This document shows positions 1 to 10,966 of a DNA stretch of 64,000 bases, one piece after another (position 1 is the stretch's first letter; every line of letters begins with the position of its first letter). The DNA comes from Paraspadella gotoi (taxonomy: Eukaryota > Animalia > Chaetognatha): positions 1,728,280-1,792,279 of the forward strand of contig CM119265.1 in the NCBI GenBank assembly GCA_051294375.1, in the 5' to 3' direction. The notes under the pieces are model-generated. The model did no database searches and was not told where the DNA came from. It was given only the letters and a program-made list of their open reading frames with translations. The position numbers were made by a program, and so were the translations under genes.

Positions 1-22
1 CTCATCAACAATTTATTTTTAG

Positions 23-2474
23 GTACAACGAACAGAGTGATGACTATCTACATCACAGCGAATCGCGCAACCGTGATTCTAAATCTCAGACTCGCTATCA
101 CTCGCCTAGATTCTGATACGACTCGCGCTGCCAAGCACGCAGCCATTTTTGGTCTCATTCCTGGAATTATGATTGGAGGAATATTGGGGACGGTGTGGCA
201 CTGTGTCTTGACTGAAACATATGAAAAAGGGTGAGAAATTGTATTTAAAAATAATGTTTACTGACTTAAATATATATAAGAAAGGCTATTTAAATTTATT
301 AGAAATAGTATGGCACCGTTTAATTAGATATTTAGAGGGGCTGAGTGAAACTCAAGTGCAAAAAATCTTAAAAATTTAAAATAGGGTGTCACTGTTTGCT
401 TGAAAATGGTGAGCGAAAACTTATGACGTATCGTGTATCAGATTAATGTTAAAATAAATATTATACAAATGCAGACCATTATGGTGGACTAAAATCTACT
501 AACTGTTTATCAGCGGCCATTGGTGCCGGAGGCAAGTCATTCTCTTCCCAACCTAAAGGTCCGGGGTTCTAGCCCGGTGGCCGCCTAGCAGTTAAGAGGG
601 ACGGGGCGCTTAACCCGCCTGTAACATGGTGTTACAGCCTGATCCGAAGCTCAGGGACTGTCACTAACTCATAATAATTATCATTGTCTCTTTACTATAT
701 TATTTTATCAATTAAATAATTAATTTCTTCAGAGCGAACGTAGCCACATTTGGTCGACGCATTGGCCTCGCCTCTTATGCAATTGGTTTTCTTCTCGTCA
801 TCATCATTATTTCAATTCTTTCTGTTCGAATTTTTATTCAAACGAAAAAAATGATGAAAGAAATGTCCAATGGAAGACGGAGCTTTGAACAAAGTGTTAA
901 GTATTGAAAAGAGAGCTAAGAAATTGGGTATTCTGGGAAAAAAGAGCCTGGGAAAAGAGAGCCAAAAAATGAGGTGGTCTGGGAAAAGAAAGCCAAGAAA
1001 TGGTATGCTCTGGGAAAAGAGAGCTAAAAAATGGGGTATTCTAGGAAAAGAGAGCTAAGAAATGGGGCACTCTGGGAAAAGAGAGCCAAGAAATGGGGCA
1101 CTCTGGGAAAAGAGAGCCAAGAAATGGTGTGCTCTGGGAAAACAGAGCCATCCCCCCAACCACCCTTCCCTCAAACCACCTTCATCCCCCCCCCAAATAC
1201 AGTGCAAGGGTCTCCTCGAGTATCAGCGGATGGTCGGAGTCGTCGCCGTCGTCTTCGTCATAACGCAAATCCCCGCCGTCGCCGTTTACTTTTGGCGCTG
1301 GTTTCTCTTGGGCGACAGCGGCGAAGAAGGAAAGGGCGGCGGCGTAGGGCTGGCGCGGCTTAGCTACGTTCCCCGGTGGCTGCGGACGATGCAAGCGGTA
1401 ACTCTTGACTCTTGAGTTCGTTTTGCCCTTTTTTTATATATTTTTAATTCAGCTAATAACCTAATGTAAAAATCTACTGCTTTTATTAAAATTTGTATTC
1501 TTTTTTTAAAATTGATAAAAGTTTATCCGTTGATTAATCTGATCCATCCATCGCCAATAGATTCTATCGGTTATTTCCCTACCACGACACTTGTAAAAAT
1601 TATATTTTACTAAAACTTTGGCAACTGATTGAGCCAATATAGAAAATATCCATTAATTTAATGAATAAACTAACTTTCCCCTGACTTAGGACAATGGACA
1701 GGCTCATAAGTTAATAACATAAAACATAATAACATAAACATAACATAAAATTCAGCTCCTTGTATTTTGATGCTAGTGCGGAGTACAATAAGTATTCCCC
1801 GATCTAATACTTAAGGGAGTAGTCTTTTCATACAATTGAAACATTCTTTGAAATATTTTCCACTTCATTGATAGGGAGGCCAGGTACTCTGGGAGTGAAT
1901 AAACAGGACTGTGAGAGAGTCTGAATTGAAAGCTTGCAGGGACCTGCTATGTAATTATCTTGTAAGAGTGATGGAGGCCTTAAACCACCAAAGCCTGTCC
2001 AAAGTCAGGGGCAAGATAGCTTATTTATTGAATGAATGGATAATTTTTATATTGGTTGTACCAATTTCATAGCATGATCCTTTCAATAAAGACTCATTTA
2101 TTTGTTCACTTTTTTTTTCTTTTATTTTCATTTAATTCAGTTAATATAATGATTTGAAATTGTAATTTGCACAGTAACTGTAACATAATAAAATTACAAA
2201 TCATTATTCACCTATTTATTTTAATTTGAACTTTCCGCCACCCCCCCCCTTCCAAGGTTGGTCACCTCCTCAACAGCGGCGCCAACTTCCTTGTCTACGT
2301 CGTGGTCAGCGGGAAATTCCGCGCTGCTGTCCTGGAGACGATTCCTGCGCTGCAGCGGCTGGCGACGCGGGGTGGAGGGGGGGTGGAAGAAGGGAAGAGA
2401 AGGAGGAGGAGGACGAGGAGTAGGACAAGTTGCTTGTCCACTGCTGAAGAGGAGTTGGATGAGGAGAGGGGGTG

Positions 2475-2475
<1 letters not shown>
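23..2475 (+). CDS. Class A (rhodopsin-like) peptide-type GPCR, FMRFamide/myosuppressin/sex-peptide receptor-like; 5' end lies outside the window
   Basis: Exons 23-230, 733-895, 1203-1397, 2257-2475 splice in frame. They give TM3 ITANRATVI (DRY-like), TM5 YAIGFLLVIIIISILSVRIF, TM6 MVGVVAVVFVITQIP and TM7 LLNSGANFLVYVVVSGKFR (NSxxNFxxY...FR signature). TGA at 2473-2475. Confidence 0.85.
481..697 (+). mobile_element. tRNA-derived SINE family A (copy 1)
   Basis: A-box-like TGGTGCCGGAGG and B-box-like GGTTCTAGCCC; near-identical copies at 21483-21711(+), 13390-13607(-) and 11715-11822(-). Confidence 0.75.
905..1150 (+). repeat. 31-bp minisatellite (CTGGGAAAAGAGAGCCAAGAAATGGGGCACT, about 8 units) in a GPCR intron
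   Basis: Unit starts recur with 31-bp period (about 979, 1010, 1041, 1072, 1103, 1134); about 1.5 inverted units also at 21078-21126. Confidence 0.85.
1812..2070. repeat. Interspersed repeat family B (about 250 bp, unclassified)
   Basis: Core GAGTGATGGAGGCCTTAAACCACCAAAGCCTGTCCAAAGTCAGGG recurs at 5479-5733, 13157-13375 and 49832-50037. Confidence 0.8.
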
Positions 2476-2516
<41 letters not shown>

Positions 2517-2964
2517 GAGACGACTGGATGAGAGACGAGAGAGAGAGGATAAAGTGTTCGAGGGAAAGGATTTTATCTTTCTTTGTTTCATTTTAAGTTA
2601 TGTATATATTTAAATGTTATTCTCTAAATATAGATTTCATTTGCCTTCTTTTTTGTAGTTATTTCTTTTGGTATTAATCCATTAACTCACTCACTCGCCG
2701 AACTTACTGATTTTCAACTTTCGATCAAGAAGTAAAACAGGTATCAAGACGATCCGATGATAAGAGAGAGAGAGAGAGAGTTAACCAAACAGGTTTTTGA
2801 TCGTTACATTTTAATGAGAAAAAAAAACGGGTATCTGCAGGGGTTGGACACAATATCGAGACAAAACTAAACGTCCTGCCCTGTCTGAACGATTTGATAC
2901 GCAAAAGTTTTTTTTTTTTTGCTTTTTACTTCTATATACAATCAAATAAAATAAATTTATAATC

Positions 2965-3185
2965 TGTGGATAAGGCGCTAAAGCATGGAACGGGTCCTGG
3001 GCTGGGCCTGAAAGTTTTCCACGACCCCGGCTTACGGCCGTTCTCAAGCTTCCGACAGGGTAGGTACCAGGTTGGGATTAAACCCGGTACCTAGTGGTCA
3101 GGAGCTGATGGCTTTTACTCAATGACCCACCGGGTCACAACTGAGAGTGTCATGCTTATAGGCGGGGTGAACTGAGGCAATGCCC
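2965..3185 (-). mobile_element. tRNA-like SINE family C (copy 1)
   Basis: Reverse complement aligns with 20268-20597 and the split copy at 16007-16770; GGTACC-flanked B-box hairpin. Confidence 0.7.
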
Positions 3186-5154
3186 GACTAAAAATCAACT
3201 CCAAGGCGTCGTGGATGTTCTTAAAATATTGTGTCGTTTTTATGCGCGCATTGTATTGCATACGATAAAAGCCATACTTGTTAATATTTTTCAGTGGTCC
3301 TTTCTGAACATGACATTGTTATGTCTTGTCTTCAATTCACCTGATTTTAAACTTTTCATTACTATCCAAATTAAACCTATGTGGAAGCAACAAGTTTCAG
3401 AGTAAGAATGACTTTATCTTTTGTTGAGATAGATTTTTATGGGTTTTTTTTTTTTTTTGTTTTGTTTTGTTTTTTCACGGGGCTCACCACGTGTGGACGC
3501 AACAAATAATAACAATAACGGTCAAAACTCAGATGCTAAGTCTATAACAATGGATATTTACAAAGTAAGAAGTTTGACCGTAAAGAGAAGAGCAAATAAT
3601 CGAAGGTAAATGAAAGTAAGGTCAATGGTTTGACCGAGGTTGCGTGTTGTAGTTGTTCGTCCACACTTTTTTTTTCAGGTAAGATAAAACAAAATTTTAG
3701 GAAGATATATAACGAATATGCTTAAATTGTCAAATACTTTATGTACGTATTTCTTACCTTTTTAACGCTTTTATTATGCATTCAAAAATCTTGCATGATT
3801 AGTTTAATTATCTTGACAATATCGTTAATAATTTTTTTTGTTAAAAGTAAGTTTTAATACAAATTAAGCCATACTAGTAACTTACCCGAGCCATACCTGC
3901 TTTCTTTAAAATTGTTTTAACCAAAATACCATGTACATCTTGCCAGAAGCATTATTATACTACAAATAAGTACTTCCAAAAATATTTTTAACTGTTATGT
4001 ATTAGAATGAGATTAAAAAATAAATATTCAAACATTTTTCTTCCAAACCACTTCATTTCGTTTATGAAAGATACAGTACGATATAACGAAATTCAACTTT
4101 TTAACTTCAAACGAATCGAAAACATAAAATGATGAAAACAAATGAATTGCCATCTCGATCACTATACCGTACTTATCATTTTACACACATTATCATCTTA
4201 TCATTTAAACTAATAAATTTCAGGGAAATCATCGCTCTGTTTTTCGAATCCTTTCCAATCCTTCGCCGACAAATGTAGAGACAGAGACACTCTCTCTCTC
4301 TCTCTCGATTCCATCGCGTGGGGATAAACGCTACCCTCAATTCCGTTGCCAAGACGACGAAAACTGTTTATTCCCTCGGGAACAAAGAAAACCGAAAAAA
4401 AAAAATTTGAACTCAAATTGAACTTGAATTGAAAATGAATTAAAAATGAACTGACTTTTCTTTCTCGCCGTAAACTTTATCAGAACGAACCAGCGTTCAC
4501 TTTTTCGCAACGGAACTACTCAAAATAAAATAGACAATGTAAATTGTAAAATAAATTAGAGTTACTCCCGCTTTGAAGACCGCGTTAAAACAGTTCTTCC
4601 CTCAAACACAATTTGGGATTAAAACTCACACAAGCGCCGCTGGAGGCCGAGATACAATTCAGTACCAAATCCAAAGTGAGAATTTATAAACCCAACGTAC
4701 AAAATATGAATCACTACAATTTACAATATTGAAAAAAAATGTAAAATGTAAAATTTTACATCTCCTGACGAGAATTATTGAATCTTATCAGTAGCTATGT
4801 ATAAGAAATTTTATTACTAACTATCCCTATCCATAACCCTAAACTATCCATAACTTATCCCTAACCCTAAACAGCTTCTAACCCTAGTCGCTCAAAAAAG
4901 ATTTAATTACAAATCAATTCTGTTCGCTACTGCTGCCGCCGCTGCTGCCTGCGCCGCTGCTGCCGCCGCCTGCAGCCGTAAAAACGAAAAATTTTTTAAA
5001 AATAACATCGTTTTTAAACTTAACAATTCTTGAAACCACATTAAGAAAACTATTTATTTTAAATTTTTTTATTCCGAATGCAATAAAACCTTCCCCCCCA
5101 AATTCCAGAATTCTCTTGAGTTCCATCTGCAAAGGCGTTGTCGCCATCAACGGA

Positions 5155-5899
5155 ATGGCGCCTTTCTGCAAGATCTCAACCGCCACCTTTCGGTCGCAAC
5201 ACGAGTTTTTACTCGGGGCTTTAATGGTCGCCGTCGTGATGTTCATTTGTTTAGTCCACGTCCAAGATTTTTCGTACGACATTGGCTACTACTGTAGATA
5301 TGGTATGCTTATTGCTTAATGTAGAATATTATTTTGTAAGAGAACTGGGAGTTCTAACCCACCATATGTCAGGGTCAAGGTCAAGGTCAGGGAAAAGATA
5401 GCTTATTTATTGAAAGAATAAATAATTTTGATATTGATTATTCCAATTGCATTTGTAGAATTTCTGGATAAGATAATTAAGGGAGTGGTCCTTTTATACA
5501 ATTGAAACATTCTTTGAAATATTATACCACTTCAATGGTAGAGAAGACGGGTACACTGAAAGTGAATAAACGATACCCTGACTGTGAGAGAGTCTTGATC
5601 GAAGGGTCATCTACGTCATTTTCTTGTGTGAGTGATGGAGGCCTTAAACCACCAAAGCCTGTCCAAAGTCAGGGAAAACATAACTAATTCATTGATTGAA
5701 TGGTCAATTTTTTCATATTCGTTGTACCAATTTTGTATATATTTGAATAATTGGCTGCAGTTTTAGACTAATGTAATGTATCATAACATTTAACATTTAT
5801 TTTTTCAGGGCAGAAGTTGAAGCGAATTTCGTTTCGTCGAAAAATTGGGAAATTTCCGGAAACTTCTGAAGAGAAATTGATGAGGTTAATGATGAAAAA

Positions 5900-5975
<76 letters not shown>

Positions 5976-6217
5976 ATGAAAGAAAGAGAGAAAGAAACAA
6001 AGAAACAAACATAAAAAAAAAGAAAGATCTTTTACCTTCTGATGTTAACGCTGTTTCTCAACCCAATCATTGCAATCACCATCAACTGCAGAAGGCGTTG
6101 CGGTGGCAAATGGTTGGTGACGGCGTCGAAGAGAAACTCACCTTCGGCGGCAGTGAAGAGATTCTTGAGGAGGAAAGATTGGTGCGTCGTCGTCGTTGGA
6201 GAGGGAGGGAATTCACA

Positions 6218-6300
<83 letters not shown>

Positions 6301-9205
6301 CGACCGACCAAATCCACTTTCCCTTCAGACTTTCTCCTCTTCCTCGGTCATCTTCGTCTCCGAAGAATCACAAACGAAACTCGGACGTCATTTCGTGAAT
6401 TTGATTCCAATGGAAAATTTGGCGGGAAAAAACTTGGGATTTCTGCTCGCGATCGCAAACGAGGCCGAAGTCATATGGGACTGGAGGAGGAGGAGGAGGA
6501 GGAGGAGGAGGAGGAGGAGGAGGAGGAGGAGGAGGGAAGGACGGAGGAGAGGAGACCGATCCTTAACTTCGACCTCGACGCATTTCTCAGAAATTCATCG
6601 GGCGAGTCTATATTTTTTGTCGTTTTTAGTTTTATCGGATCAATTTTAGCGTCTGTCTGTCTGTTTCTCTGTGTGCCTTTCCAAAAGACTAAACTTTCAA
6701 TCTCACCGACTCTCCGTCCTGCCGTTTGTCCTAATGTTTTTTTTTTTTCACTTTTTTTTTTTTCATTTTAATGATACAGCTGCCACCAAGTGGCGAACAA
6801 AATGAGATGAATCAGAAAAGAGAATTGAATTGGCTAGTTTTACAAAGTGGCATCCATTTATATATGAAGAGAGAGAGAAAATTTGGTTTTCATTTGTAAA
6901 TTAAATAATTATAAAAATAATTTTAAATAAGGTAAAATTTTACGACCGGCGTTGAAACATGGAGAGAAAAACCAATGGTACATAATTTTTAATTAATTCG
7001 TTTGGTGATTTTGTTTTCTTATTTTATTAATTATTTTCTTATTTTTTTCTTTTCATTTTTTTTAATTTTTTTTTCTTATTTTTCCTATTTTTTCTAATTT
7101 TTCTAACCAAGGATCTTCATTCCCCAATTTTCATTTTCATTTCATTTTTCCCTTCAGCCTTCAAAATCCAAGAACCGACAGTCAACTCGACTCATTCCTT
7201 TTTCTCTCCCGACGGACATGACGCCATCTGGAATCAAAGACTCAAAATCGTCAAGGGAGAATCGAGGACATTCGGTGTCCTGCAATTTCTGGCAGATGGA
7301 CGTGGGCAATCTCTGGCAGATGGTCGATGGGAGCGAATGCCGTCGGGACTTTTGCATTATCGGAAAATGTTACCAGGTGAGAAACATTTACGATTTATTG
7401 GCAATGATTAGCTAAACGGACAATATACAAGGCTCTCATTTCTGATCTTTTATTTCTAAATTTAATATTTAGCCTTAATATGTTGCCTAGTCTAAATTTT
7501 ATCCCTAACCCTAAACCACAATACCCAATGTTTAACCCAAAATCTTAAACCATATTCCCTATCCTTAATCTCAAACCCTAATCATTAACCCAATCCCTAA
7601 TCTTAAACCTTATTCCCTATCCTTAATCTCAAAGCCTAATCACTAACCTAATCCCTAATCTTAAACCATATTCCCTATCCTTAATCTCAAAGCCTAATCA
7701 CTAATCTAATCCCTAATCTTAAACCATATCCCCTATCCTTAATCTCAAACCCTAATCACTAATCTAATCCATAATCTTAAACTATATTCCCTATCCTTAA
7801 TCTCAAACCATAATCACTAACCAAATCTCTAATCTTAATTATCTAATTAATCCATAACCTAATCTTTAAGTTTAACCATAATTTCTATCTTAATGCGCTC
7901 TGGGAAAATAATTCCAAATAGAGCTTTTCGTGGAATTTCTATTTTCAGTAACAATATCAAACGAGTCTTCGGACGTGTGGGTTCGAATGGCACCGCTGCC
8001 ACCACATTTGAGAATATGTACACAAGGATTTCGATGTAAAACCAAAGTGGAATTTATTTCAGGCAGAAAATACGACAGAAGAAATGCGGTGACAATTTTC
8101 GAGACGGAGTGAATAAAAGTCTATTTAATAAATAAATAAATATAATATTTATCCAATGGAACCGGATCAAGGACATGTGCGAGATTCGCCGGTGGATGGA
8201 AGCCAATTGTCTCATTGGCTGATGCCATTGCTGACTCGACCAATGAGAGAGTCAGGATTTATTTCTTACGGATTCTTCTCGAGTCGTTGATCCGATTTCG
8301 ATTCCAATTTCCCTTTTTCCAGACTCCACCAAACCTACCCTCATGTCACCGACCACCATCATTCGAGTTCCTCGCGGAAGTCTCGCCCCTTACGATTCAG
8401 CCCTTCACTTCCGCCCAGCCTTCTGGGCTCTCTTCCGCCCTCCAACGGCGATCGGCGGCCGCGGCGGCGTCGGGCGATCGATCATTGCGCAGGCCACCTT
8501 CGAGGATCTGGGTTTGGCGGTTGGAGTCGTTGAAGGGGCTTTGGGGAGAAGAGGTTGGTTCGGAGTTGGAGGGGGATGGAATGAATGAATGAATGAATTA
8601 ATGAATGAAAGAATTAATGAATTAATGAATGAATACATGAATAAATACATGAGTGAATAAATAAATCAGAGACAAGTATGAACATTTAACAAATTACAAA
8701 ATAAATTGACTTGTAAATGAACGAATAATTGAAGTCTTTTTTTTAATCGATAGGAAAGTTTAAACGTCGAAAATCAATCAAAGACGGACGAGGTTCCCAA
8801 GCTCGCACGCGACCTCACAGAATTGCCCACCCTCGCGTCCACAAAGGGACCCGCGACCAGGATGTAAAGAGAATCGAGGCGCTGGCGGATTTCATCCTCT
8901 TCAATTACGTCAGGAGCGAAGAAGAGTGGATGCCGTCGACGACGACGACGACGACGATGACTCTGGCGAGGAAACTGGAACGCATCTGGGACGACCTGCG
9001 TCTCGTTCGATACGTAGAGCCTGAGGACGTGGAGGCGTTGAGAGGTTGGCTCGGAGCGTTGGAGGACGTCGGGTATAGATTTCCGATTTGGGAGGAGGAA
9101 GAAGTGACGAGCCGTTGCGCGGGAGGTTCGGGGTTGAAGGAGAGGCTCGTCGAGATGGCCGACGCGTCGGAGGATGTGGAGTCTTGGAAGAGAGGGTTGC
9201 GCTGA
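5155..9205 (+). CDS. STELLO/DUF288-like glycosyltransferase, type II membrane protein; degenerate, 1-nt frame break near 6484
   Basis: Exons 5155-5302, 5809-5884, 6092-6218, 6329-6601 (GC donor), 7158-7376, 8323-8553, 8754-9205. Signal anchor FLLGALMVAVVMFICLV, then KWLVTAS..DWCVVVVG, KNLGFLLAIANEAEVIWD, VPRGSLAPY..AFWAL..RSIIAQ and DVEALRGWLGALEDVGYRFP, in STELLO motif order. Confidence 0.75.
5479..5733. repeat. Interspersed repeat family B copy
   Basis: Aligns with 1812-2070. Confidence 0.8.
7500..7880. repeat. 58-bp tandem repeat (about 5 units) built from degenerate CCCTAA, intronic
   Basis: TTCCCTATCCTTAATCTCAAA at 7555, 7613, 7671, 7729, 7787; followed by GCGCTCTGGGAAAATA, which resembles the MITE TIR at 26180-26200. 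Confidence 0.85.
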
Positions 9206-9829
9206 AGACGGGGTTGAGTTGATAGAGGGTCAATCGGGTGGGATTGGAAAGCTTGTGAGTTTAACTTATTTGACAATATCCACTGACCAGTGAATATGGA
9301 ATCGGGTCAAATACTGAAACCAGGATGTAAATAGATATGAGGAGCGGTGAACTGTTAGCTGTGAACTGTTAGCTATGAGCTGGGAGCTGTGAACGGTCAA
9401 CCCGTGATTGAGAAAGGATAAAACTCACCGAAGGAAAATGATTCCCAGGAAACATAGAAAATCTCTTCGTGATTCGTGAATTCACGAAAATTCCATTTCT
9501 GTGTGAAATTCCATTTTTTTATGAACACGTGAAACAATCGTGAACAATCGTTGATCTTGTAATTAAATTATATTTGTTTACATTAAACAATATAAATTAT
9601 TTTTAATACTACTGCTACTAGGTATAGTTTGAGCAAGGCGCAGATATACATATTCCTATTAGGTTTTTGAAGTTTGTTTTAAAAATTTCGACAAAAACAT
9701 CATATGACTTTTGTTTGTTACCCAAAACTTTATCGGTTTGCATCGGCAAATCATCACAAAAGATGTCGTTTTAAAACAGAGAGCAATAAACAAAAGATAT
9801 TAGCATTTTTTTTCATTTCATCGAAAAAA

Positions 9830-10441
9830 TATAGTAATTATAGTAGGGACCAACTCCGGATATAATATAAAATTTCGACTATTAACAAAGTTTTTTTAGT
9901 TGTCTTGAATAAATATTTAAGCAATCTTTTTCCAAAAAAAATTATATTATACGTCTTGATTAATACATTAAATATTACTTGTCTTTTTTCGCATTATCAA
10001 ATTTTTTTTTTAATCTTAAAATTTTTTGATGGATTCTGATAGAGCATAAAAAGTTAAACAAGAAATATAATTATAGGTTTTAAAAATTCCTACGTTTTCT
10101 AAGTGAAAATATAAAAAAACTAATAAAATCATCGAAAGATGATGATAATGATGATTTTTTACAGTTTTTCTTATTTTTGACTCACTGATCATAAAAATAT
10201 TTAAAAAAGAATTATACTTTGTGTGGACAACTTTTTATGAGCTATCTGAATCTAAAAAATAAGTTTCGCCTTTCCTTTCTATAAATAAATATTAAAAAAT
10301 TAATGATTTGGGTATAGAGCCATATAAGAAATGTTTGGTCCATCGAAAGTTAACTTAAAAATGTATAAATTTTCTTTTGAGCATGTAATCATTCTAATTT
10401 TTGACTCACCCCATTGAGTGGGGCTACCCCTAATTATAGTA
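9830..10441. mobile_element. AT-rich internally palindromic non-autonomous element (foldback/MITE-like), family D
   Basis: GATTCTGATAGAGCATAAAAAGTT ... AACTTTTTATGAGCTATCTGAATC inverted arms; related arms at 16107-16671 and 18053-18646. Ends approximate. Confidence 0.55.
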
Positions 10442-10611
10442 GATTTTAAAGTTTTTTCTTTTTTTTTCTCTCTCTTTTTCTACTTGACCCATTATCTCGA
10501 TTCATGAAGGAAACCCTAAGTTGTACACGTAATACTGAGTCTCTCTCTCTCTCTCTCTCTCGATTCATGAAGGAAACCCTAAGTTAGAGCCTGAGTTGGG
10601 CTTTCTCCACG

Positions 10612-10670
<59 letters not shown>

Positions 10671-10966
10671 TCGGACCTTACCTCCCTTTATGGCTCAGGA
10701 TTTGACACAGTCAAAACTAAAAACAGGTTTCTGACTCAAAGTCGTAAAAATAATAAAACGCTCGCTCTCTCTCTCTCGTTCAAACGGCGAAAAACGGAAA
10801 CATTAAAAAAAATAATAATTATTAAAAATCAGCGTTCCTTCCATTTTAAAAATGCTGATATCGTTGCTCTAGCAGTATTTTAAATAATTGATTAATTTAA
10901 TGTCTCCCACAAAAAAAAAACTTGGAATTAAGACTGAAAGACTCGTCGAAATCTGAAACTCAAAAA

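Noticed and set aside
870-1150. ORFs with repeated GALWEKR/LGK resembling a Wamide/LWamide neuropeptide precursor
   Set aside because: The unit is 31 bp (not a multiple of 3), has no signal peptide, lies in a GPCR intron and recurs inverted at 21078.
7500-7880. True telomere or chromosome-fusion site
   Set aside because: Degenerate, intronic, dispersed and associated with TIRs.
7930-8112. 60-aa ORF as a STELLO-like exon
   Set aside because: Phase-compatible but ends in a stop and lacks motifs; family similarity resumes at 8323. It could at most be a minor terminal exon.
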